A DNA stretch of 50,559 nucleotides from Promethearchaeota archaeon (GTDB lineage Archaea; Asgardarchaeota; Lokiarchaeia; Sigyniarchaeales; SOKP01). The notes under the pieces were generated by a model, which worked only from the letters and a program-made list of their open reading frames with translations, was not told the origin of the DNA and ran no database searches. This document shows positions 38,209 through 47,763 of the stretch, piece by piece. The DNA lies in assembly GCA_048941015.1 (NCBI GenBank), contig JBHLNZ010000017.1:1-50559 (forward strand). Reading direction: 5' to 3'. The first letter of the stretch is position 1. Each line of letters starts with the position of its first letter. A program made the position numbers and the translations under genes.

Positions 38209-38885
38209 GGAAGTTCTTTCTCTTTCTCAATATCAACAGGATTCCGCCCTTTTTCTAATTGTTCGAACCACCATTTATCTGTAGAAATTATCTCTTTCGC
38301 CTTCATTAAAACTTGTTCAATAATTTCATGTTTGACAATAACAACACCATTTATATCTCCAAAAATCAAATCTCCAGGATTTATCTCTCTATTTCCACAT
38401 TTAACAGGTTTCATTACAGAGTCTAATTCAATATTCATTCTGCCTCGAATTGATGAACATATGATCCCTCTAGCGAAAATTGGGAAATTTAAAGCAATTA
38501 CTTGAGATATATCACGTATTGGTCCATCAACAAGAGCGCCCCTAAACCCAAGATCTTGAAGTAGCCTACTAGTACTCTGACCTAATCCCGCTGCAGTCAT
38601 CTGCCCCATCATATCAACACACATAATAGGAAATTTAGGAACTTTTCGTATAAATTTCACTAACTTTGCAATTATATTTCGATCAAGAGGCTCATCACTT
38701 AATACCATTTTCATTGTTCCAGCGAATCCAATTATTCTTGCACCTGACCACATCGGTCTGATATCTGGATCACAAAATCCTGGTTCAAAACCTAACTCAT
38801 CTATCGCATCTGATACTGCACATGTATATAATTTTGAATAATCTGCTAATATACCTTCTAATTTCGATACTTCCATCTTTCTCAA
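38205..38885 (-). CDS. RraA/HMG-CHA aldolase family protein
   Basis: AVSDA.D, G.A.T, VDGPIRD, FPIFARG, INPGDLIFGD.NGVV. Confidence 0.9.
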   Translation of the reverse strand: MRKMEVSKLEGILADYSKLYTCAVSDAIDELGFEPGFCDPDIRPMWSGARIIGFAGTMKMVLSDEPLDRNIIAKLVKFIRKVPKFPIMCVDMMGQMTAAGLGQSTSRLLQDLGFRGALVDGPIRDISQVIALNFPIFARGIICSSIRGRMNIELDSVMKPVKCGNREINPGDLIFGDINGVVIVKHEIIEQVLMKAKEIISTDKWWFEQLEKGRNPVDIEKEKELP

Positions 38886-38976
38886 CTATTAAGAATTTAT
38901 ATAAGAATATGATTCAAATAATAATATTAAATGGGTCTTTTTTGATTAAAAACTTATATAAAGGTCTGACATTAAA

Positions 38977-40647
38977 ATGGAAAATAAAGAATTTGATATT
39001 AAAAAAAGGAGTAATTCACTTTTTGAATGGACTAAAACAACACCATTTAATTATGTTACCAGAGGAATCATTAAGGGAGTTGGATTAGACGATAAAGATA
39101 TTGAAAGTAAACCCTTTATCGGAGTAGTTAATACTTGGAACGAACTTAATCCAGGCCACAAGCATTTAAATATGCTTGCAGAGGCTGTAAAATATGGAAT
39201 TCTTGAAGCAGGAGGTATTCCTTTTGAATTCTGCACAGTTGGCCCTTGTGATGGTTGGGCTAATGGAAATGAAGGTATGCGATATATTTTACCACAAAGA
39301 GAAGTAATTGCAGATTCAATCGAATTAATGGTAGAAGCTCATCGATTAGATGCTATGGTGACTTTATCAACATGTGATAAGATCAATCCCGCGGTATTAA
39401 TGGCGGCTATACGTTTAGATATTCCAACTATTTGTGTACCAGGGGGCCCAAATTTTTGGGAAATCAGGTTTTCAGCAGATTTTAAGGGAATAGATCAAGC
39501 ACTATATGATAATTTTACACAAAAGGTTGAATGTGTTCAATGTTCAACTTATGGCGCATGTGAAATGATGGGAACTGCAAACACATTTCAATGTCTAATG
39601 GAAGCATTTGGAATGACTCTTCCCAATGCTGCTACCACTCCAGCTATATCTCAAATGAAATACGTTTTAGCGAGAGATTCTGGAAAACAAATTATGGAAT
39701 TATTGAAAAAAGGTATCACCCCATCACAAATAATTACTAAGAAATCTTTTGAAAATGCATTAATGATTGATGTAGCAATCGGTGGATCGACAAACTCAGC
39801 ACTGCATTTACCAGCTATCGCAAACGAAATGGGGATAGAAATTGATTTGGAAGTATTTAACAACTTTAGTAAAAAAATCCCCACTATTGTGAATGTTTAT
39901 CCATCTGGTCATTTTGGCATAGTTGATCTTTATAAAGCGGGTGGAATTCCTGCGGTTATGAGCAGGTTAAGGAATTTTTTACATTTAGATTGTCTGACTG
40001 TTTCGGGAAAAACTATTGAAAAAATAATAAGAAGAATTAAAGTTTTAGATGAAAATATAATACGCCCGTTGACTAATCCTATTTACCCAGAAGGGGGAAC
40101 AGTTATTCTAAAGGGAAATTTAGCTCCAGAAGGAGCCGTAGTAAAACAATCTGCAATTAAAGAAAAAGAAATGTTAAAATTTGAAGGGCCCGCAATGTGT
40201 TTTAATACAGAATTAGACGCTTTAGAGGCATTAGCTCAAAATAAGATTGAGAATGGTAATGTAATTATCTTAAGATATGAAGGTCCAAAAGGCGGACCAG
40301 GAATGCCAGAACTATTAGCAACTACAGCTACATTGATGTTAAGACGTAATTTGACGCGAGTTGCTTTAGTTACAGATGGAAGATTTTCGGGTGCAACATC
40401 TGGACCATGTATAGGCCACGTTAGCCCAGAAGCATATGTTGGTGGTCCAATCGCAATTGTCCAAAATGGTGATCCCATCTCTATCGACATCCCGAATAAA
40501 AAGATAAATGTAAACATTACTAATGATGAAATTAAAGAGAGACTATCACACTGGCATCCGGTAGAAAAACCTGTTAAAAGTAAAGCTCTTTTGAAATATA
40601 GGAGTTTAGTGTCATCTGCTGCTAAAGGAGCTATCCTTGAATTTTAA
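38977..40647 (+). CDS. ilvD: Dihydroxy-acid dehydratase (IlvD/Edd family)
   Basis: CDG, REVIADSIE, CDK..P, GAC.MMGTANT, GGSTN, GNLAPEGAVVK, RYEGPKGGPGMPE, TDGRFSG, GHVSPEA. Confidence 0.93.
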   Translation: MENKEFDIKKRSNSLFEWTKTTPFNYVTRGIIKGVGLDDKDIESKPFIGVVNTWNELNPGHKHLNMLAEAVKYGILEAGGIPFEFCTVGPCDGWANGNEGMRYILPQREVIADSIELMVEAHRLDAMVTLSTCDKINPAVLMAAIRLDIPTICVPGGPNFWEIRFSADFKGIDQALYDNFTQKVECVQCSTYGACEMMGTANTFQCLMEAFGMTLPNAATTPAISQMKYVLARDSGKQIMELLKKGITPSQIITKKSFENALMIDVAIGGSTNSALHLPAIANEMGIEIDLEVFNNFSKKIPTIVNVYPSGHFGIVDLYKAGGIPAVMSRLRNFLHLDCLTVSGKTIEKIIRRIKVLDENIIRPLTNPIYPEGGTVILKGNLAPEGAVVKQSAIKEKEMLKFEGPAMCFNTELDALEALAQNKIENGNVIILRYEGPKGGPGMPELLATTATLMLRRNLTRVALVTDGRFSGATSGPCIGHVSPEAYVGGPIAIVQNGDPISIDIPNKKINVNITNDEIKERLSHWHPVEKPVKSKALLKYRSLVSSAAKGAILEF

Positions 40648-40655
40648 CAACTAAT

Positions 40656-41057
40656 TTAGTGAGTTGCTAGTTCTACTTTGGTTTTTTTGATCGATCTAGT
40701 AATTCTTTTTATCACTTTCTTATACGGTAAGATAAAACCATAAATCAAACCAAAAGAGTTTAATATTGATGAATGAATATCTTCAGACCAAGCAGCACAA
40801 CAATCTTCTACAATGATCGTTTGAAATCCATAATCAACTGCTTCTCGAGCAGTTGAATGGACACAGAAATTGGTTACTACTCCCGAAACTAACACAGTTT
40901 CTATCCCCATATTTCTCAAAAAGCTATTAAGACTTGTTGAAATAAAAGTTCCACTTGTATTTTTCTGTAATACAAAATCATTCTCCTCTGGTTTTAATTC
41001 ATTGACTATTTCACTGCCTGGATGACCAATATAAGGAAATGAAACTTCCCCTAGCAT
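40656..41057 (-). pseudogene. N-terminally truncated isochorismatase/cysteine hydrolase
   Basis: Retains K..S..F..T.L...LR..G, GVVTNFCV..TAREA.DYG, EDCCAA but lacks the N-terminal ..IDxQ strand with the catalytic Asp; upstream frames are closed. Confidence 0.65.
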
Positions 41058-41177
41058 CTTTTGCTAGTGAGTTAGCAATTTTACTTAAAACAAAGATTCA
41101 TTAAACAAATATTTTGAAATATTTTTCGAAAAGAAAAAAAAGGAAAAGAGTATGTTTAACTCTATTTTTAATATTTA

Positions 41178-41768
41178 TTAATCTGGAATTAATATAGTAC
41201 CAGAAAGTCCATTTGTTGAGGGACTAATACTCCAGACTATACCTTTAAGTTTCATTCCTTCAAAAGCTTCAAAACCTTGAAGTGTAAAGCTACCGGAAAT
41301 TTTTCCCCCTACTAATTTAGCATTGATAGTTCCAGTGAAATAGCCCTTCAGTTCAACAATTGAATCATCAATTGAATAATACCATGTGAGGTTAAACAAG
41401 GTTTTTCCATTGAGCACCCAATTTCCAGTCACCATATTCATTTTTACATGGAATATTGAGAATGTATATCCCGTGATTATATCGTCTCCTATCGTAGCAT
41501 CTTCTAGTAGATGATATGACCAAAAACCTTTGATATGAGTCGTTTGCCCTGCAATAAACATAAATGCATCAGGTACAGGAAAATCAGGAACACCTGCGTA
41601 TGTTTCAATAGCATTAAAATCTAACTTTGTTGATTTTGCTGCTGCTGCTGCTGGTACTAAGATAAAGATTAAAACTACAACAACAGCGCTTAATATTAAT
41701 TTTGATCTCAATTTAGTTTTATTCATATTTTTCAAAATCCTTTTGTTTTTAGATTTAAATGTAACCAT
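41178..41768 (-). CDS. Secreted beta-rich hypothetical protein (likely start at the internal Met, MNKTKL)
   Basis: Basic N-region, hydrophobic stretch, AAAAA cleavage region; Gly-rich beta strands. Confidence 0.75.
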   Translation of the reverse strand: MVTFKSKNKRILKNMNKTKLRSKLILSAVVVVLIFILVPAAAAAKSTKLDFNAIETYAGVPDFPVPDAFMFIAGQTTHIKGFWSYHLLEDATIGDDIITGYTFSIFHVKMNMVTGNWVLNGKTLFNLTWYYSIDDSIVELKGYFTGTINAKLVGGKISGSFTLQGFEAFEGMKLKGIVWSISPSTNGLSGTILIPD

Positions 41769-41879
41769 CTATTGTTGGTCAGTAATGGTGTCCGATGAAT
41801 ATCTCGCACATTTGAAAGAAAAAGATGATCCTACATTAGCTTACTGATCAATAATGATCAAAGATAGATTATCCATTTA
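41756..41879 (+). ncRNA. Candidate structured RNA / nested inverted repeat
   Basis: ATTGTTGGTCAGTAA (41771-41785) pairs with TTACTGATCAATAAT (41841-41855) with two G-U; outer pairs ATCT/AGAT and TAAATG/CATTTA. Confidence 0.4.
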
Positions 41880-41972
41880 CATATTTAATATTTTTGTAAA
41901 AAATCGGTGATCATAATTTTGTTTTTAACATTTTTGTCGTAATAAATACTATATTTGCTTCAAAAAGGAATA

Positions 41973-43835
41973 TTAGTAGTTATTTATGTCTAATTCTGAT
42001 AATTTTTTCACAGATGGATATCCATTTTCATCCCAACTCCTAAGGTGGTAATATTCATTAAGCATATTGTCAATCTTCACCACTTTATTTTTTGTAAGTC
42101 CTCTTTCTAATGGAAATTGAAGTCTTGGTGGGATTCTATCATCTTTACGAGAGATCCCACATTTGCAATTGAATAAACGCTTTAAATTAAACAAACGCTC
42201 TCCAATGTTCAACAGCTCATTAAGAGTTAGATTTATTCCTGTTAAGTAGTAAATGGCATCTAACATTAATTTAAAAAGGTTATCTACGATTTGTGAACCT
42301 GATGATATAGTTTGTCGACAAATACCGAGTGCATTATTAATCTCTGAAATATTTTGAGTTATAACCACATCTCTTGCAAATTCCGGTTTATCAATTGTGC
42401 GCTCTCTAATTGGAATAGGTTTTGTGATATCAAAGTATCTCTTAAACCCAGTAAATCCCGAATAGGTATCATTAGCAAATCCCCTTAAATGGCATGCACC
42501 TCTATTTGATGTTGCATATTGTAGACACAATGGAAAAATTGCACGAGGATCGTGCATTGGTGCTTCCAATCCTTTAATTTCTGTCAAAAATTCTTCAGAG
42601 CCTTTTCCAATGATCTCCGCTGCTCTCCGAGAACCATGACTCAAAATTTCTCCAAATCCTTCTTTTTTACAAATTAATTCAGTAAGCTTTATTATTGCTT
42701 CTGTATCTCCCCATTCCAAAGGGAATCCAATATCTTTTTGGGCTATAAGACCATGCTCATAGCAATCTAAAGCAAAAGCTATAGTGCAACCTGTTGATAT
42801 TGTGTCAATGCCGTAAAGATTGCAAATATGATTCAAATAAGCTATTGCTTCGACATCGGATATTAAACACATTGATCCAAATGCGGCAGTAGTCTCATAT
42901 TCAGTACCGGCAGCATTATTTATTTTATAAGGCCCTTCATTTATTTGAATTTCTCGACCACAACTAAATGGGCATAAATAACACGGTTTATTTTTTACAT
43001 GTAATTTTTCAAAAACTACTTCACCGGAGATATTTGAGACTTCACGCCATTTATGGAGAGTCCAATTTTTATGCGGAACATCGTTTAATCTTTCAAAATA
43101 TGAGATATTATTAGTCCCAAAATTACGTAGAATTTCAGCCATAGGAGATTTTTGAAAAGCAGTAAAAAGGTTCTTAGAAATTTCTTTAAAATTAGATTCA
43201 TCAAAGTATTCGACCTTGTTATTTGCTTTTACAACAATAGCTTTAAGGCATTTTGATCCCATAATCGCACCCATTCCTGTTCTTCCTACTGCTCTATAAT
43301 GATCATTCATTATCGAAGCTAAATTAACACATCTTTCTCCAGAAGGTCCAATACAAGCAATTTTATATCCTTTTCCCCACGAAGATTGAATTGATTGTAT
43401 AGTTTTGTCAGTTGTAAATCCCCAAAGATTAGAAGCATCTTTCAATTCATACTGATTATCTTCAATTTTCAGCAAAACAGGATGGCTTGACTTCTTCTTA
43501 AAAATTATGCCATAAAGTGCTTTTCGTAATTCTGCTCCAAAAAATCCTCCAGACAGACCCTCCCCATATATATTCGTTAATGGTGATCTCGCGGATACAG
43601 AATAAAATCCAGAACAAGGATATGATGTTCCTGTTAAAAGTCCGGTCATAAATATTAAGGGGTTATTTTCATTAAATGGATCAAATTCAAAAGCCCTATT
43701 TTTAAATAAATAATCAATGGCGATTCCAGGTCCACCTAAAAACTTTTTAATTGTGTCCATATTAATATATTCTTCTCTAAAGGTTTCTTTTTCAAGATCT
43801 ACCTCTAAAATCTTCCCAAATTTTTCAGAATCCAT
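41973..43835 (-). CDS. aor: Tungsten-dependent aldehyde:ferredoxin oxidoreductase family
   Basis: ILEVDL, SPLT, IGPSGE, GRTGMGAIMGSK.LKAI, CYLCPFSC, EYET, G.DTIS.G, KGLE.P.HDPR, RGACH. Confidence 0.93.
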   Translation of the reverse strand: MDSEKFGKILEVDLEKETFREEYINMDTIKKFLGGPGIAIDYLFKNRAFEFDPFNENNPLIFMTGLLTGTSYPCSGFYSVSARSPLTNIYGEGLSGGFFGAELRKALYGIIFKKKSSHPVLLKIEDNQYELKDASNLWGFTTDKTIQSIQSSWGKGYKIACIGPSGERCVNLASIMNDHYRAVGRTGMGAIMGSKCLKAIVVKANNKVEYFDESNFKEISKNLFTAFQKSPMAEILRNFGTNNISYFERLNDVPHKNWTLHKWREVSNISGEVVFEKLHVKNKPCYLCPFSCGREIQINEGPYKINNAAGTEYETTAAFGSMCLISDVEAIAYLNHICNLYGIDTISTGCTIAFALDCYEHGLIAQKDIGFPLEWGDTEAIIKLTELICKKEGFGEILSHGSRRAAEIIGKGSEEFLTEIKGLEAPMHDPRAIFPLCLQYATSNRGACHLRGFANDTYSGFTGFKRYFDITKPIPIRERTIDKPEFARDVVITQNISEINNALGICRQTISSGSQIVDNLFKLMLDAIYYLTGINLTLNELLNIGERLFNLKRLFNCKCGISRKDDRIPPRLQFPLERGLTKNKVVKIDNMLNEYYHLRSWDENGYPSVKKLSELDINNY

Positions 43836-43957
43836 AACAGCACAAAAAAATTAATAATATCTATATAAAACTAAATTTTAACTTATATATATAGTTTTAA
43901 TAAATTATTTTTAAAAAGAAGGAAAATAGCCACACATTCATATATAATTAGCATACT

Positions 43958-45079
43958 TTATTCATCATTTTCATTATTATTGTCACCCTCTTCATCTTCT
44001 TTAACTTTTTCTTCATCTTGTTCTTCATCTTCAAGTTCATCGAAATCTACACTCGATTCTGGTTTGTTTTCAGATATCGGAGCAACATATAACCTTCTGA
44101 CGAGTTTTCTAATCTCATCTACTCTCACGCTTTCCGAGGGAAGACTTTTTTGTGTATCCTTAGCTAGTTTATAAGCTAATTCAATATATTGTAAATCTTC
44201 TAAAAACTCAATTACTTGAATTTTATAGTCAATATCATCACTTACAAGTGTCTCCCAGAATTCCATTAGTTTTTCTTTGAGGAGTAGGTCAATTTTTGCA
44301 CTCCTCTCAACATCTTTCAATGTTTTAACTAATTGTTTAAAACTGTTCATAATATTATACATTTCAGATTTAGGATATTCATCTATATTTTTTAAGACAT
44401 AAAAAATATAAAGTTCTGCTTTCTCCCATCTTTTAGCTATCAATGAAGCTTCTAAGAGATCTAACAAAGCTAATTCATAAAGAAATTTACTCTTAATATT
44501 AGGAATAATCTTTTCAAAAATCCAGTCTAATAAATTTGCTTGATCAAATTTTTCTATGATATCAATAAGAAACCTAATAACTGAATAATATAATTTGGAA
44601 TTTTCAGTACTTATGTTGCTTAAAAAAGATACTAATGCATATTTTACCCGCCCCATTGCATCTTCTAAATTAATTGGAGTCTCAGTGAATTTGTAAAAAG
44701 CTGATTCTAAAATAGGTTTCACTTTATCTTGATTTTTGAAGTCATAAATAAAATAGTTAGCCCAATTTGGACTTAATGCTTCAGATATTGTTGCTTTTTT
44801 AGAAACTTTTGACATAGTAATTTTCGAATCCACTATCGTTGGGGCTTTTATTCTTTCCTTTTGTAATTTTACTTCATCCTCTGAAAGAATATCTAAAATA
44901 ATTTTATTCTTTTCTTTTGGAACAGTTAATTTAAAAAAAACATCCTTTTCAGCATCGAAAAGAATTTCCCTTAATTCTTTTGGAAAAGTAATTCCAGTTT
45001 TAGTTTTTTTTATTATGTCTTCATAAAAATTTTGATCTTCGGAATTCTTCTCTCTTTCCATAAATATACTTAGTAACAA
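43958..45079 (-). CDS. Hypothetical protein: AbrB/SpoVT-like N-terminus, helical solenoid, acidic tail
   Basis: KTGITFPKELRE resembles the AbrB G.I.IPK..R motif; D/E-rich C-terminus. Confidence 0.55.
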   Translation of the reverse strand: MLLSIFMEREKNSEDQNFYEDIIKKTKTGITFPKELREILFDAEKDVFFKLTVPKEKNKIILDILSEDEVKLQKERIKAPTIVDSKITMSKVSKKATISEALSPNWANYFIYDFKNQDKVKPILESAFYKFTETPINLEDAMGRVKYALVSFLSNISTENSKLYYSVIRFLIDIIEKFDQANLLDWIFEKIIPNIKSKFLYELALLDLLEASLIAKRWEKAELYIFYVLKNIDEYPKSEMYNIMNSFKQLVKTLKDVERSAKIDLLLKEKLMEFWETLVSDDIDYKIQVIEFLEDLQYIELAYKLAKDTQKSLPSESVRVDEIRKLVRRLYVAPISENKPESSVDFDELEDEEQDEEKVKEDEEGDNNNENDE

Positions 45080-45177
45080 AAGGTTTTTAATTATTTGTTA
45101 TAAGAAGATTGAAACGAACACATATATTATTTAAATTAAAATTCTTGGATAAAAATTAGAATATTTATTATTTAGGT

Positions 45178-45786
45178 TTATCCTGTGATGTTTACTAATT
45201 CTACACCACGTACATCAAAATTCTTATCAATAAAACAGAGAATTGCATGGCCCTCATGTGTATAAACAACAGGCACAGGATGAGATTCTGCATTTTCTAT
45301 GAAATTCTTTTTTACAATTAAAGGAAGCACTTTATTACAAACCTTGCATAGAACATTTATTTGCTTTACTAAATTGAGTTTTTTAAAGTTAGTAATAACC
45401 TGTTCAACGATAGGTTTGAATGAGTCAAATAAATTTGAAGAAAATTTACCATATGATAAATACGAATCTATATCATATATATTATTAAATCTTTTTAAGA
45501 TTTCTTCAATTAAGGCTTCTAATAACTGAAATTGTATATTTAAATCAGATCCAGCCACATATATTAATCTACCGCTTCTGATGTAAACAATTTTCATGTT
45601 TCCCTTATGAATGTGAAAAAAAATACCCTTACTCGAATTCTTTTTTAAAATATTAAGATCAAGGACATAACTTTTATAAGATCTTGGTGGTTTCCATTCG
45701 AATATAGTAAATTCATCATTACTAATGTTAATAAATTCCAAACTTTGCATAATTCTTTCAGAACTAAGCATATATATCAATTTCAT
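45178..45786 (-). CDS. Longin-like domain protein with C-terminal CxxC...H..H module
   Basis: Beta-beta-alpha-beta3-alpha pattern ending LLEALIEEI..RF...Y; CKVC, HEGH, FIDKNF.VRG. Confidence 0.55.
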   Translation of the reverse strand: MKLIYMLSSERIMQSLEFINISNDEFTIFEWKPPRSYKSYVLDLNILKKNSSKGIFFHIHKGNMKIVYIRSGRLIYVAGSDLNIQFQLLEALIEEILKRFNNIYDIDSYLSYGKFSSNLFDSFKPIVEQVITNFKKLNLVKQINVLCKVCNKVLPLIVKKNFIENAESHPVPVVYTHEGHAILCFIDKNFDVRGVELVNITG

Positions 45787-45942
45787 ATAGGTTAAATTGT
45801 AACAAATCTAATAGATACTCTTCTAAGCTAGAAAGGTTAATCTTTCTATATTTAATAAAAAATTTTTAAACATTTATATATTATTTCTTAATTTTTAGCA
45901 GCAATGATTACTATTCTGTTAAGAATTAAATTCTTTTTATGA

Positions 45943-47613
45943 TTATTTATGTTGAGTTTTTATCGTTCTCATAATTGCTCTCATATTTTCATATGGCAAT
46001 TCTCTCGGAATTTCACACCCGAAAGCTAACCAATAACCTCCACCTTTAGCAGCAATATCAATATGTTTTTTACAATCTTCAGAAACTTGAGCCGGAGTGG
46101 CATTCGTCAATTTATTATAATCAAGATTTCCCATAATTGTGACTTTATCGCGAAGAAGATTTTTTGCCCATTCAAGATCTACTTGATAATCAAATTGAAT
46201 TGCTCCACCGGGATTAGTTTCTTTTGAAAAATGAATACATTGAGGAACATAACCGCAACAATGAATCAATGGTAGCATTCCCATATTTTTAATTGCTTTA
46301 CATGCTTTCTTTTCCGGTTCAAGACAAAAATCTTCAAAAAATTTTGGACTCATAAAATAGGCAGCAGTTTCTCCAACTCCTATTATGTCTGCTCCAGCTT
46401 CAAACATGGAACGTGCTACTTCGATTTCAAAATCAGCATACCATTCTAAAATTTCCCTAAATTCATCAGGATGATCTAAAACGTAGAAAAGTTGCATAGG
46501 ATCTGCTCCAGTTAATAAAGTGACCCCTTGAAACGGTCCTTCAGTCCATCCAATAATTGGAATTTCATCTTTCAGTTCCTTTTTAATCATTTCTATTGCT
46601 TTTATAGATTCTGTTAACCTTCCTGATTTCATTGGATTTGGAATTTCTAATTTTTTAAAATCTTCATATATTTTATCATGACTAAGTACTGGTTTAACTA
46701 TACGTGGAACGTCATCATAAGGATAATCAATTTTAGCTCCTAAAGACTCAGCATACATTCCTACATCAGATGAAAAACAAACTGCATCCCAACCAAAAGC
46801 ATTTAGTGCTTTCATCTGTCCTTCAACAAATTTTTCAGCTTTACTAACATATGCTGAAAAAGGAATTCCTGTAAATTTTGCTGTAAAAGTTTGCGCAAAG
46901 GGCATAAAAGGAACTCTATCAGGCTCTTTAAATTTAGCTGAAGTGAATACACGATAATATGAAGTCATTTCATTTTTTAATTCATGAGAAAATTCTTTAA
47001 CTTTTATTATCAATTCATTTACATCATTAACATAAGCATCTACATTGAATTTTTCTGCCATTACTTTAGATCCGGCAGGTCCACTTAGAATTGTTCTTAT
47101 TTTATGTCTTAATCCTAAGTTCCATAACTCTTCTTCTAATTCATTAACAAGGTTCCTTGATTGCATTAAATATATTGCCGAAGCAATTATTCTTGCTTTG
47201 CTTTCTTTTACTTTTTTAGCAATTTCTTTCGGAGAGATATCTGAGCCAGCATCTATCACTTCAAAACCATGCGCTTTTAAATTTGCTGCTACAATTTTGG
47301 TTCCAATAGTCCAAGGACCTCCCATCACACCTAATACGATCCTTTCTTCTGGTTTCTTCTCTTTAGAAATCTCAGGAATTCCTAATGATTGAATTCCTAC
47401 TTCAAAAGCCCCTGCCGCTTTTATAATATCATCCAGATACATTCCCTTAGTTTTATATTTTTTACTTACATCAGTTAATCCTGCCGACAATGATTTTATG
47501 ATTTCTTCATTATTGAGCCCAATTCTTCGTGCTTTTCTTACCATACGGCCAATATTTTTATAATCTCCTTTCGAGGTTGCTTCCGTTATTAATTCTAAAA
47601 TCTCTTCTGACAT
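45943..47613 (-). CDS. Corrinoid-binding (MtaC-like) domain fused to a MtaA/UroD-family methyltransferase
   Basis: Cap domain (L..GL..V..KY.....L), IG.KIV...L...GFEVIDAG; EPDRVP, EGPF, LIHCCG, MGNLD, GCEIP...P.EN. Confidence 0.88.
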   Translation of the reverse strand: MSEEILELITEATSKGDYKNIGRMVRKARRIGLNNEEIIKSLSAGLTDVSKKYKTKGMYLDDIIKAAGAFEVGIQSLGIPEISKEKKPEERIVLGVMGGPWTIGTKIVAANLKAHGFEVIDAGSDISPKEIAKKVKESKARIIASAIYLMQSRNLVNELEEELWNLGLRHKIRTILSGPAGSKVMAEKFNVDAYVNDVNELIIKVKEFSHELKNEMTSYYRVFTSAKFKEPDRVPFMPFAQTFTAKFTGIPFSAYVSKAEKFVEGQMKALNAFGWDAVCFSSDVGMYAESLGAKIDYPYDDVPRIVKPVLSHDKIYEDFKKLEIPNPMKSGRLTESIKAIEMIKKELKDEIPIIGWTEGPFQGVTLLTGADPMQLFYVLDHPDEFREILEWYADFEIEVARSMFEAGADIIGVGETAAYFMSPKFFEDFCLEPEKKACKAIKNMGMLPLIHCCGYVPQCIHFSKETNPGGAIQFDYQVDLEWAKNLLRDKVTIMGNLDYNKLTNATPAQVSEDCKKHIDIAAKGGGYWLAFGCEIPRELPYENMRAIMRTIKTQHK

Positions 47614-47763
47614 TTTTATTGTAATTTAATTTGTACATTAAATTTTAAATAACTATTACATGAAGTAGTTAATAAAACTATATTACAAATGTGAAAATGT
47701 ATATATAGTTCTTCGATTAAGTTTTAATTAATTTAAATTTTACTTAATTGCTTAGGAATAAAA

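Noticed and set aside
41791-41830. SECIS element or hammerhead ribozyme (ATGA...GA; cGATGA...GAAA)
   Set aside because: No adequate helix II above the putative quartet, no in-frame TGA selenoprotein seen nearby, and the hammerhead core CTGA and stem II are absent.
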